From: Octopus vulgaris
Lineage: Eukaryota
Direction: 5' to 3'
Length of the DNA: 64,000 bases
Assembly: GCA_951406725.2 (NCBI GenBank)
Contig: OX597815.1
Coordinates: forward strand, 130,758,001-130,822,000
Part shown: one piece after another, positions 25,564 through 37,870 of the stretch
Numbering within the stretch: position 1 is the stretch's first letter
Layout of the letters: each line of letters starts with the position of its first letter
The notes under the pieces: model-generated
Seen by the model: only the letters and a program-made list of their open reading frames with translations
Told to the model about the DNA's origin: nothing
The model's database searches: none
Translations under genes and position numbers: made by a program

Positions 25564-28174
25564 GTTGCATTTTCACACACACACATACATACACTTCAAA
25601 ATGTGGTTTTGATGGCAGCATCAAGTTTGTTCGACATTCAAATCCTGCTATGAGCCAAATTGCTCTGGGAAAGAAACTGTTAGAACCATAATCCTCCTTG
25701 AATATTGGCCTTGTACTGTATCAGGAAAAAATCTAGTATTTTGTTTCAATACTTCTGCATTTCTGATTTGTCTTTTCTTAAGACACAAAATTCACTTTAG
25801 ATGAATATTGAATATTAAAATATATTATTCTATGCCTAAAGTTCATGATATTTCAAAAGACCTGAGAAACTTCATGGTCTTCCAGATCAAAATATTTGAT
25901 TTGTGTGGTGTTAATTAGAAATTTCTTCCTGAATAGGATGCTAGTATACTGCCGATAACTTTTCTGCAAGCAAAACCAGGCAACACACAAAAAATATCTT
26001 AAAGCATACTACTCTGCAAGAACAGACCCTATTAAAATCTACTTCATTTGCCCTATCCTCACCAACCCACTTGTTCTCATTTCCTCCTCTATCATCTTCA
26101 ACCACATCTATCTCAGTCTTCCCATTCTATTTTCCATTTCACACTCTACTTACCTGGTCACTATCACCCTTCCTCTGCACATGACTCAGCCATTTCATTC
26201 CATTTCTTTTCACACCATCTATCACCAACTCTATTGTTGACATTCAGTTTGCCCCTTCTTTCTCTCATTGTCTCTCTCTACCCTCCACCAATTCTCTGCT
26301 CATTGGCTGAACCATTTGTTTCCCTTCTTTCCAACCTTTTCTACTGCCGATGTCCATTATTCATGTTGCCTTCCCTTAAATTGTAGCACTTCTCACACAT
26401 GCAGTACACATCTTTCCCTTTAGTTTCACCTTCATTTCCCTACTCATAAGCACACTGCTCAATTCCCACAGCTTCTTCCATATGCATCTCATTCAAGCCA
26501 TTTTTCATGAGTCAGTTCCATTTTATCTATTCAACATGTTACCTAAGTAATAAGATAAAGTGAGAAGAAGCCAAGAAACCCTTTGAAGTGTTTCTATTGA
26601 GAATTATACCATTATGTGGTACTTACTTGCACCAAAGTAGTTTGAGGTACTGTAAACTAAATCCTCCCTAAGAGACATAATATATTTGATATTCTAGTGG
26701 TCAAGTTAAATGCACTATTAATCTCTCATTCCTGTTAGTTTCTGATCTTGTTGCCAGTCTGAATTCTCAGGCAAGGAAACTGAATTTATTTACAGATCTA
26801 CTTTACTAAAAATTGGGTTCCAAACAACAATAGCTGTGTTGTAGCACAGACAAGTATTGAGTTTGTGTTAAAACACTTGAATAAAGAGCCTTCGGGATGC
26901 TTCATTTATATCTTACAAATTAGTACTTAACTCCAGTATAGCAAATGAAACAATACTCCCTGCAGCAAAGATACCAGTCTACCGCAAATAACACTGCTAT
27001 CTAATTACAATATCTAGGTGACAGATATGGAAAATAAAAAGGTCTAGCTAAAATACAAGGTGAAATAACCTGCAGGACGGTGATCTTAGACAATACACAC
27101 TTGGTCATTTTGTTTCTATATTTGATTACAGAGCAGAGTTTAAATTCCAACACAAAACTAATTTAATGTATATTTTACTGATCATAGATTGTAAACCTAC
27201 ACATGTAAATAGAAATTCTATTGCTGCAGTGTAGTTTGTTCCAGTGATAACTGCCTGAAGTCTAAACACTTCTATAATTATATATAAGCAACAGAGTTCA
27301 TTTACTTACTCATCTATGCATGCTGGTGAGTGTATATGTGTGCACATGCACCTCTATATCCATATTTATGTTTGTATATATGCTGATGAATATGCATGCA
27401 TGTGTGTGTTTATGTGTGTAAAAATACATTTAACAAGTATCAATTCACACATGTAAGCACATATGCATGAGCATATTGTGATAGTAAGAGCTATTTATCT
27501 ATAAAAGCAGTTATGTCTCTTAAACCTTCTGCTTGCAGAAAATAAATCCTCATTTATAAAAGATTGATTCAGGAGACCAGACTACAAGAGAATCAAACCT
27601 TAATACTGGATAGTGTCATCCGACAGGTTAGGTCTTTGGAAAAAGCTCAACTTAATGCAGGAGTGTATTAAATGCCAGTTGCATTTGTGAAACTCTATGA
27701 TATCAACAAGGCAAATTTAAGTGGTAAATTTAAACAATTTACCACAATAAACCCTAAAACTTTAAAAACATGCTTTTTACGGAACAAACTTGAAGATTCA
27801 CTCATGTTTCATGTCCAGCTAAAAAACAAAATGGTTGAAAGTATAAAAGAGCAGGGCACTGAGTTATTGTCTGCCATCCTGCTGGACACACTTCTTCTAT
27901 CTCAGACTCTAAACCATCATCTTCAGTTATACAATCTTGGTTTATTTTGCTTGCAACTGTACATTCTACTCTAAGGCGTCTTACACTCATGATAATACAG
28001 AAAATTAATGACAAGGTAACTGAAATTCTCATAAATACAAGCCTATCCCATAATTACATCTGTCAAAACTTAGCTAATCAACTCAACCCGGAAATAAATC
28101 CAAAAGAAATTGTTTCCATGATTAATTCTGAACTCTTGGTAGAATTAATGGAATCTGTATAATTAAAATATATC

Positions 28175-28378
28175 TTTTATCTTTTACTTGTTTGAGTCAT
28201 TAGACTGCAACCATGCTTGAGTACTGCCTCGAAGAATCTATTGGTCCCAGTACTTACTTTTTAAAGTTTGGTACTTATTCTATTGTTTTCCTTTTGCCAA
28301 ACTGCAAAGTTACAGGGATATAAACACACCAGCTGCTGGTTGTCAAGCAGTTGTGGGGAGACAAACACAAACATAAAG

Positions 28379-28410
<32 letters not shown>

Positions 28411-28590
28411 TACATATATACATACATATGATGGGTTTCTTTCACTTTCCATCTACCAAATCCACTCACAAGGCTTTGGTTGGCCCAAGGTTTTAGTAGA
28501 AGATACCTGCCCAAGTTGCCACATAGTGGGACTAAACCTGGAACCATGTGATTGGGAAGCAAGCTTATTACCAGACAGCCATGCTTGCAT
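28175..28590 (-). mobile_element. SINE family A nested in Gypsy
   Basis: Reverse complement of the 25118-25563 element. Confidence 0.85.
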
Positions 28591-28898
28591 CTGTAAAAAA
28601 TATTTTAGTTATACTGGCATAGAGCTTTCTTTTCTTCCACACCTGTGCCAAAGTGATTCTTGATATGCCTTTTTGAAATTACATAGAAAAGATAAATGAC
28701 ACAAAAAAAAAGCAGTTCTTCAATACGTGATCTTACTCAGCAACACGTGACAGAGAAACCTGCAAAGTTTTTCATTATCTCACTCCTAATTGCAAATCTT
28801 TTGCAACTACAACTTGCTGAGTCTGGTTCTATATTTAAGAGATGAGGTATTATGTACATTATTTACATTTGATGGATATTTGTCCTTATCTTGTTGTT

Positions 28899-28944
28899 AG
28901 CACAACATTTTGGCTGATATACCCTCCAGCCTTCATCAGGTGTC
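28899..28944 (-). ncRNA. Minimal type I hammerhead ribozyme motif (degenerate copy, mirror arm)
   Basis: Minus strand reads GACAC-CTGATGA-A-GGCTG..CAGCC-AAAATGTT-GTGCT. The core GAAA is mutated to AAAA by CpG-type decay. Confidence 0.55.
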
Positions 28945-29161
28945 TTGGGGAAATTTCGAACCTGGGTTCTCATTCCTAAGGTATTTTTTTATGTTATTAT
29001 TATTATTATTCAGGTCATTGCCTGGAATCAGACTCGGAATCTTGGAGTTAGTAGCCCATGCTCTTAACCACTGATTCCAAGATTCCAAGTTCGATTCCAA
29101 GCAGTGACCTTAAAATAATAATAATAATAGGAATGAGAACTCAGGTTTAAAATTTTCCCAA

Positions 29162-29204
29162 GACACCTGATGAAGGCTGGAGGGTATATCAGCCGAAACG
29201 TGTT
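29162..29204 (+). ncRNA. Minimal type I hammerhead ribozyme motif (degenerate copy)
   Basis: GACAC-CTGATGA-A-GGCTG(gagggtatat)CAGCC-GAAA-CG-TGTT: catalytic core, 5-bp stem II and stem I. Lacks one T relative to the two-arm consensus GAAACGTTGTGTT. Confidence 0.65.
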
Positions 29205-30646
29205 AACAACGAACAAGATAAGGACAAATATCCGTCAAATGTAAATAATGTAAATAATGAACTTGCTGAGTATTGTGTAAAAGATAAAGAATGAAAAACT
29301 TCATAACTTTTAAGAGATAGTATCAAAGAACTAAGTAATTCATCATTATTGTGGACACAGGTTTTGTTGGGGACTGACAATTCCAATATAAGGAGAAAAA
29401 ACAAACAAACAAAAGCTTCAGAAATTTTTGTAGAATTTCTCTCAAACTATCAATCATTTCACACAGCTTGATATGTATCCAGTTCTTCATATCGATGACC
29501 TAATCAATATAACCAAACATAATACTGTAGCAAAACTGATGTAGTACCACTTCTCAATTTGTCAATTTGGTATAATACCTGTGAAAAGACCTAACCCCCA
29601 TCCACAACTTATAATGTCAATAAGAACTTTAGCTAATGGATAAAAACTTTCAGCTGCTTACCAAGTAACTGAGGCATTACAAATGACATTCTATGTAACT
29701 TATGAATGGTGTTTTCATGAGCTGCTAATAAATTTATAAATGAAATAATTAAAAAAAAATTTCTGTTATATTTGGATTATTTTGTTGTGAAATGATAGCG
29801 GAGCAATTTAGCAACTTTTTATATTCCTTTAAAACTGCTGAATAATAATTGGGCCTTAAAGAAAAGTCAGGTTATTTAATTTCATATGAAGCTTTATGCC
29901 TTGATCCAGAATGCCTTTGATCTCTTGAATAGCTAACTATATTACAAAAGAGTAAAAATTACAATAGGTACTTGGGTTATTTATGTTCTGCACCAAATGG
30001 ATACCTTCCTACTTATTGATAATCAAACCATTAGTCAGTGTAAATTTCCTTCTATTCAAGAATGCTAGGAAATCTATCAGTTCCATTAAAAATGATATTA
30101 ATATACAGATATGATATTAATAAGGCAGCTGCAACTGCTGTTGATAGAGACTTGCCTTTTACTACCAAAACAGATGCTATAGATGAAACTACTGCTGCAA
30201 CAATATTACAAGGTGGTAGACTTGTGGCAAAGTCTTTCTGAAAAATCTTTAAACAACTCTGAAAAAAAAAATATTGCCACATTATTGATAAAAAAAAAAA
30301 TGAAAATAAAAAAGAAGCTTACGCAGATATAGACGCTGTGACAAAATGGAAACATTTCCTCACAAGACATTTTAATTTAATGATAGATTAAAGATCTGTT
30401 TCATTCTACAGAGGAAAATTGAAATTTTCCATCAACTTAGCTTAGCTTAGCTCAGAGAATTTTTCAGCTTTTCATTTGTCACATGTCTGTGCTATTACTT
30501 TAATAATTATATAAGATTACTAAATAATTCTTTAGTAGATGCTGCTATAAGAAAATGCTTCATTTTACAACAGTACACAATCTACCTTTTTCTGTCCAAG
30601 AAGTGCAGTGAGTCTGCACCAATTGCCATCCATGTGATAAAATCAA

Positions 30647-30909
30647 TCCTTAGCTTTCAGATTACTATGTCAAATGTTATGTTTGTTTATTCACCTTGTT
30701 TAGAATTAATCACATATTATCTCGTAGTTTTGCCATTTCAATGATATGACTGTTTATTTTTAGAATAGTACTATAGGATAGGTGTGAGAGGCTGGATCTG
30801 GTTGGTTTGAACATACAAGTGGTAGAATAGTTGTGCCTGACATAGCCAGTCTGAATATACAACAGGTTGAATATTTAGGCCTGATGTGGCCAGTTTGAAT
30901 GCTAGAGGG
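30647..30909. mobile_element. piggyBac-type MITE family 2, inserted in the Gypsy integrase
   Basis: TCAA|TCCTTAGCTTTCA ... TGAATGCTAGAGGG|TTAA imperfect TIRs. Confidence 0.7.
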
Positions 30910-31120
30910 TTAAACCAAATCTTTTTTTATGTTACTCCTGAAAATTTCTTTTCTTATAAAAGTTATTTATTTGAACACTTGCCAATGAACTTTAAGAGCT
31001 ATTTCTTGTTCTTGTAACTGAAATATATATTTTCTGAAATCAACAAATTTTCTTGTTTTCCATTTGCCTATCCAAGTGATGATATTAGCACTTTCTGCTA
31101 CAAGATAATGCTTCTTCATC

Positions 31121-31503
31121 TTTTATATTTTACTTGTATCAGTCATTAAACTGTGGCCATGCTGGGGCACTGCCTTGAAGAATTTTTAGTCAAATGAATC
31201 AACCCCCGTACTAATTTTTTAAAGCCCGATACTTTTACTATTGGTCTTTTTTGCTGAACCACTAAGTTATGAGGTCATAAACACACCAACACTAGTTGTC
31301 AATTGGTGGTGGGGACAAGCACAGATACACACACACACATATATATGGGCTTCTTTCAGTTTCCATCTGCCAAACCCACTCACAAGGCTTTGGTCAGTCT
31401 GAGATTTTAGCAGACAATACCTGCCCAAGGTGCCATGCAGTGGGACTGAACATTGATCTACATGGTTGGGAAGCAAACTACTAGCTACACAGCCCCACCT
31501 GCA
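31121..31503 (-). mobile_element. SINE family A nested in Gypsy integrase
   Basis: Reverse complement of the 25118-25563 element. Confidence 0.85.
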
Positions 31504-32535
31504 TATATATCAAACAATTCCTAAATAGCCTAGGATTTTTACATACCTTAAGAAACTCACAGTTCAAAGGATATAATCACATTTTGGAACCATATAAAGT
31601 TCATACTTAATATTAATAAATAAATAAACAAACATTTTCTCAAAGGAGGCCATCTTATCAGATGTTCTACATGTTGTATGATCATTGTTATGTAGAATCT
31701 GTCAAAGAGACACTTCACAAAACTTCTTATTTCCAAAAGTTCTTTAGGATCAACACTCCCCTGTTGACTTTCCAGACCTAATACAGATGTTTTATGTTAT
31801 TGTGAACCTACCAAATTCACATTGTCAGTGAAACCAGTAGAATTTCTTGAAGCAAATTCAAATAATGTCCATGTCTTGTTCATAAATGGTAAGGAGAACA
31901 CAATTACTAACCGAGATACAGCTCCCAGTGGATGCTAGACCACAAACTGAAATAGTACATATGACATCTGTAGTTCAACAAAATTAATGAAATAAAAAAA
32001 AAAATCCCTTACTGTCTTTGCTACATGTACACACATCTTCCTCTAACACCTTAACCCTGCTGTATAAACTCACAGAAGTGTACCACTTCCATGTAGATTA
32101 ACAAGAAGTAGTTGACTAGTTGCATGGTTAAATCTGTAAATTCTATTTTTAAAAAACAATGATTAGAATTTTTAATCGATTATTAAACATAAAAGTGATT
32201 TACAACTAATATCTCCTTGAAAACTGAAATATCTAATATTCTGTTTACTATCTTAATGTAGTCAATAAATGATTCTAAAAAGAATGTGTGATGTGTGTAA
32301 TAATGCAACTACATGAAAAATAACATTTTATCAAAAGTGAATGATTTATCAAAAAAAAAGTAATTATGTGCCTGACATCGTCTGGTACCACACAAGTTAT
32401 GGCTGTCATTGATACATGTCTCTCTTTTCAACTGACTAAAAAGATACTATCTGGAACTTTATATATTAGAAGACACATCTATATGCTAACAAATGTATGT
32501 ATATGCTCATGCATACACTTGTAAGTTCATATGTA

Positions 32536-33444
32536 TTGAGCTGGCCAAAAATTCAATCCATTTTTGTTGATACTAAACTTCAAGCACTCTAATAAATAGC
32601 TAACTTCAGACTGTCCCTTGCACATGTACACTCATTAGTTACTTGACACTTCAACATAGTTCAACCCCAAATTGTTACAAGACAGGTTGAATTTTGTGTG
32701 TTTGGAATCACCCTAAAAATGGAGAACCAAAACAAACATTATCGATACCTTGTACTTTTCTTATTTTAAAAATGGCAAAAGGCGTGGCAAAAATCACAAG
32801 ATATGCACTGGGTGTAGACACAATGCTGTTTTGAAAAGTGTACCAGAAAAGTCTTCAAAATTTTGATTAGGAATTTTTTTGGTTCAAGATGCGCTTCACT
32901 TTGGCCAGACAACTGAGATTAACGGCAACATCAACACTTATTATATGACCAGAATGACTGCAAATATTTCCCAAATATTCAAAGTGCATGTTATAAACCA
33001 TCCACATCAACTTGGTTATGTCAGCAGCTTCAATGTTTGGGCGCCACATCAGCTGAATGAGGCTAACCTTGCCCAATGGATTTCCATCTGATTTGTTGCA
33101 GAAACATGATGAAATCAGTCCTTTTCTAAAGAGAATTGTGACAGGGGATAAAAAAATGGATCATCTATAACAATATGAATCAAAAATGATCAGGCAGCCT
33201 GATGAGCCATCCACACAACCTTCGAAGCAGGACTTCAACCAAAGAAAGTTATGCTTTCAGTTTAATGAACTTCTTGCTACAGAAAGGAACATCAATTCAA
33301 ATGCATAATGTGAACAGCAGAAATGTGCAGCACTTGCTAATCATAAGAGCATTGTCTTTCATCCCAACAATTCCAGACTACACACTTCCTTGCAGACATA
33401 GCAAAAGTTACAGGGTCTTGGTTGGTAAGTTTTGGCCAACCTAA
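32536..33444 (+). mobile_element. Mariner transposon relic
   Basis: TA-flanked TIRs TTGAGCTGGCCAAAA / TTTTGGCCAACCTAA. MENQNKHYRYLVL start at about 32719 and PFLKRIVTGDKKWIIYNN catalytic motif at about 33120-33175. Confidence 0.88.
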
Positions 33445-33814
33445 TATATCAGCATGTGTATAAGTATATAAATAACTGTCTGATAGTATACATTAATGAG
33501 GAGTTTGGAACAAAAATTAACATTTATATCTTTAAATATTTAATTTCAGTCATTGTATAAGAATATGTATTTATAAGAGAGAGGAACATTTTCATTGAAA
33601 AAGTAATAAATTTAAATTTTATTGAAAAAAGAAAGGAAAAGCATTTAACAGTAAAAAATCTGAAGAATGTTGGAAGTAAATGCTGTACCTAATATTACAA
33701 GACAAAGAAAAGCAAATTCAAAAGAAGACTTTATGCAAACCAAGCTGACAGGTCACAAACAGAGCATTTGCTGTTGATGTTGTTGTCATCGCTTTCAAAA
33801 ACGTTTTATGCAAT

Positions 33815-34640
33815 AGGTGCAGGGGTGGCTGTGTGGTAAGTAGCTTGCTTATCACATCTTTATCATTTTTGTATCATAATCATTTGCCTCATCAATGTCT
33901 ATGTCCAGCCTGCAAAGCTACCTTATCTATGTGCTGCTGCCTGCATGGCAAATTTAATGAATAAAAGTAGCTTGCTTACCAACTACATGGCTCCAGGTTC
34001 AGTCCCATTGTGTGGCACCTTGGGCAAGTGTTTTCTACTACAGCCTTGGGCTGACCAAAGCCTTGTAAGTGGATTCGATAGATGGAAACTGAAAGAAGCC
34101 TGTTGTGTGTTTGTATATATATATATATATTTGCCCGAACATGGTCAATACCAGCCCTACCACCCAACTGGCTTCTGTGCCGGTAGCATGTAAAAAGCCC
34201 CATCCAAACATGGCCGATGCCAGTGCTGCCTGACTGGCTCCTGTGTTGGTGGCCCGTAAAAAGCACCCACTACATTCTCAGAGTGGTTGGCGTTAAGAAG
34301 GTTATCCAGCTGTAGAAACATTGCCAGATCAGATTGGAGCCTATTGCAGCCTCCTGGCTTGCCAGTCCCCAGTCAAACTGTCCAACCCATGCCAGCATGG
34401 AAAACGGATGTTAAATGATGACGATGATGGTATATGTATGTATATGTGTCTCCCCACTCCACCACCATTGCTTGACAACTGATGTTGGTATGTTTATGTC
34501 CCCATAACTTAGCGGTTCAGCAAAAGAGACTGATAGAAATAAGTACTAGGCTTACAAAGAATAAGCCCTGGGGTCAATTTGTTCGACTAAAGGCAGTGCT
34601 CCAGCATGGCCACAGTCAAATGACTGAAACAAATAAAAAA
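33815..34640 (+). mobile_element. SINE family A carrying two secondary insertions
   Basis: Head 33815-33851 resumes at 33965. An RTE-tail element occupies about 34130-34430 inside the central microsatellite; 3' half 34430-34640. Confidence 0.85.
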
Positions 34641-35064
34641 AAAAAATAGTGTAATAACAACATTAAAATATTGTGGGTCAATTTAATTATATTGTAGTAT
34701 GGTAACTGCTCTTGTTTCAGGCCTGATTGAGCAGATCTCTGATTAAAAGCATTTTTGTATTTCCAGATAATTGCCTTTAATCTTGTCATTGGTTGTAGGG
34801 CATGATTTCAGGAAAAATTGGTTGCTATTCCTAGCAGGCAAGCGACCATGTAATGGATTTCTCACTGTCCTTATTGCAATGTGATATCATAAAAGTGGAG
34901 TTTAGCATATGCAGTGCTCGGCATGGCTTCAGTCTTATTATACTTTAAAAGTGAAAGATGATTTATACGCCATGAAGATCTAACTTAATCCAATATTTGT
35001 AGATTAGCAGCTGTTGCTTCTGGCAAGAGAGAAAGTCAAAAAGGATAAGGATAAGTAAATACAT

Positions 35065-35510
35065 ACATATATGTACATGTGGGTGTATGTGCATGTATGT
35101 ATATATGTATGTGTATGCATGTGTATATGTACGCATGCATATATGTATGGGTACATTTGTATGTGTATATATGTATGTATATGTGCATGTGTATATATGC
35201 ATGTGTATATATGCATGTATATATATGCATGTATATATGCATGTGTATATATGCATGTGTATATATGTATGTATATATGCATGTGTATATATGTATGTAT
35301 ATATGCATGTGTATATATGTATATATGCATGTGTATATATGTATGTATATATGCATGTGTATATATGTATGTATATATGCATGTGTATATATGTATGTAT
35401 ATATGCATGTGTATATATGTATATATGCAAGTGTATATATGTATATGTGTATATATGTGTGTATATGTATGTATGTATATATATGTGTATGTATGTATGT
35501 GTATATATAT
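35065..35510. repeat. Compound TA/TGTA/TGCA microsatellite
   Basis: Alternating purine-pyrimidine array, e.g. ATATGCATGTGTATATATGTATGTAT repeated. Confidence 0.95.
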
Positions 35511-36259
35511 TTGATGGGTTTCTTTTAGCTTCTGTCCACCACATCAACTTAAAAGGCATTCGTCAGGTTGGGGCAATAAGACATTCCCACAAGAGGATAC
35601 ACAGAACTGGACAATGAACCAGAAACTATGTGACTGTCAAGCGAACTTCACTATACAGCAATCTTGTGCCTATGATATATATCTGTATATGTGCATATAT
35701 GCATGTATGTGAATGTATGTATGTATGTGTGAACAATGTATGTATCTTTGTATGTATGTTGAACATTTTGGGCATCTTGTGCTTGAGATCAAGGTGCTCC
35801 AACATTCATGAGCCTGTGGCCCTTATTGGAACTGAATATCTTGCCCTGACTTGTCTCAGGATCATGTCAGTAGGGTGGAGATGGTCTGTGAGGTTTTGTG
35901 CAAGCCTAACTAAACCTAAAAAGGTGTGTTTTTGATGCCTGATTGAACAGGGAGGCGTTGTGGCAAGTATGGAAATTGTAGGTATGAATGCAGGTGAAGC
36001 CGATCACAGGGGCAAATAACCTCATGCAGCAAAGTGCAGTAGCAAACACGGCAACTGCAGACATGAAATCAAGTGAACTCGACAACAGGGGCAATAACCT
36101 CATGCACAGCCATTGCTGGCACTTGGCTTGCGCAATGGTCAGTGATGGTCTTCCTCAGTTATGAGTGTACAGCCTCTTGTTTCATGCATGGCGTATGTAT
36201 GAATGATGTGTGTGTGTGTCTGTGTGTGTGTGTCTGTGTGTGTGTGTGTCTGTGTGTGT

Positions 36260-36299
<40 letters not shown>

Positions 36300-36620
36300 A
36301 CGTACATATATGAAATCACAGAATCAGGAATAAACCAAGTGTATTTTGTTGCTGAATCATATGGCTTCATTAGTACTAAGCAAAGAACATATAATTTGAT
36401 TTGCATTATTCCTCTTTCTTCGTCTGTGAATTAATATTATGAATCTTATTGTATGAACAATATTTCATTTTCTTATCATTAATGTCTTTTGTATGAAAAT
36501 ACATTTTCTAACCAGCTATTATCTTTTAGGTAGTTAGGATATAGACTTAGTTAGACAAAGATAAATTTTTTAAGTAATTCATTTGTCTATTTCTTTAAGA
36601 TTATCTATATGGAAAGTATT

Positions 36621-36990
36621 TTATTACTTTCCACCTTAGTGAAGGCGGAGGTATTGTTTTCAGTCATGCTTGTTTGTTTGTCCATGGACAAGATATCTCA
36701 GTAACCACTGGATGGATTCAGATGAAACTTTCAGGGATGTTTGGCCCAGTAACTGGCACAAACTGATTAAATTTGGGGATTGATCCAGTACCGGACAAGG
36801 ATTCTTGATTACTTTCCCTGTCTTTTCTCTTAATTTTTGAGAGTGATCGGGTTCATTTATAGCATTCTTGTTTGTGAGAGCTGTTGAGTTTATTTCAAAT
36901 ATTCTCATTTTAAAAGTCATCTCTGGCTAATCATTGAGAGGACATTGGTATTGCCTTGGCAGAGGTTTGTGCTCTCCGAGTGCTCTTGCT
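36621..36990 (+). mobile_element. Helentron-associated non-autonomous element (HINE/DINE-1-like)
   Basis: 5' TTATTAC..CCACCTT/GAAGGCGGAGGT hairpin, (TTTG)n tract, GGATGGATT..ATGAAACTTT core, 3' GGCAGAGGT subterminal repeat followed by GTGCTC..GAGTGC hairpin. Confidence 0.7.
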
Positions 36991-37044
36991 TATCTATGAA
37001 TTTGTGTTGTAAGATTCTTTATGTGAAATAGTGTGCTGAAACAG

Positions 37045-37376
37045 ATATTGTTGTATTTTGAGATGATCATTTTTTTTTTTTTTGCATAATAAACACATGC
37101 ACTATATATTCATTCTTCACTCGTTTATTAATGTTCTTATTCTAACTCATGTCCATATTCTAACACACTTTCCATATTTGTGTGTGCTCTTGTTCCGCTT
37201 ATTTCCTTCCCCACTTATTTCATAAGTGGAGCAAGAGCACACACAAATATGGAAAGTGTGTTAGAATATGGACATGAGTTAGAATAAGAACATTAATAAA
37301 TGAGCGAAGAACAAATATATAATGTGTGTATTTATGAGGCCAGAAAAAAAAAGACCATCCCTAAATACAACAATAT
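37045..37376. repeat. Long inverted repeat (fold-back), arms about 155 bp
   Basis: 37045-37202 is the reverse complement of 37222-37376; the central ~80 bp are nearly perfect. Confidence 0.92.
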
Positions 37377-37429
37377 TTTATTTATTTATATGCTGGAAAT
37401 CAAATTTTTGGGAAATTGCATCTTTGAGT

Positions 37430-37866
37430 GCATGTGAGTGTGTGTGTGTGGGGGGGGGGGGGGTGCTTTATGAAGTTTGTATTGGGGTCATATGGTTTCA
37501 TTTCAGTGTGTGGCCCCTTGGACAAGTATCTTCTTTCACAACCCTGAGCAGACAAAAGCCTTTTGAGTGGAGTTAGTAGGTGGAAATTAAAAGAAGACCA
37601 TTGTATGATTATATGTGAGTGTGTATGTTTGTGAGTGTGTGTGTATTTTGACATCAGGCAATAGTTGTAAACGAGTATTATCTTCATACAAGCAGTGGCC
37701 TTTGTTTCCCATCTTTCATGAAAACATATCTTGCCATGAGAAATATTATCTTCCTTGATGAAGATTGGTGATAGGAAGATTATTTGAATTAAGAAAATCC
37801 ACCTCAGTTAATTCCATCTGATTGATGCAAGCATGGGAAAGTAGAAGTTAAAATGATGACGATGAT
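37430..37866 (+). mobile_element. SINE family C (family-A-like head, distinct body, RTE-type tail)
   Basis: Body TTGACATC..GTTGTAAACGAG..GCCATG.GAAATATTA.CTT and tail ATGCAAGCATGG..GTTAAAATGATGACGATG. Relatives at 22113-22465, 43970-44260 (+) and 49610-49900 (-). Confidence 0.7.
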
Positions 37867-37870
37867 ATAT

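Larger units (their letters stand above)
28823..29259. mobile_element. Head-to-head inverted pair of a tRNA-headed element with Penelope-like hammerhead tail
   Basis: Arms about 28848-29045 and 29077-29258 are reverse complements. tRNA-like A box GTGGTTAAGAGC (minus) and B box GTTCGATTCC. Direct repeat AACTTGCTGAGT at 28811-28822 and 29260-29271. Confidence 0.85.
27530..31935 (+). mobile_element. Decayed Gypsy/Ty3 LTR retrotransposon internal region (gag-pro-RT-RNaseH-IN) with nested insertions
   Basis: gag RLQENQTLILDSVIRQVRSLEKAQ and Zn-knuckle relic; protease KINDKVTEILINTS (DTG relic); RT YLD near 29780; RNaseH PFTTKTDA..TAATILQGGRLVA, KEAYA.IDAVTKWKHFL; integrase FPFAYP and VEFLEANSNNVHVLFINGKENTITNRDTAP. 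LTRs not recognised. Confidence 0.85.

Noticed and set aside
26048-26386. 112-aa ORF in a pyrimidine-rich tract
   Set aside because: Low-complexity S/L/H/F/P composition with no recognisable domain; probably decayed repeat.
34963-35617. Six overlapping Y/I/M/C/V/H-rich ORFs
   Set aside because: Microsatellite artefacts.
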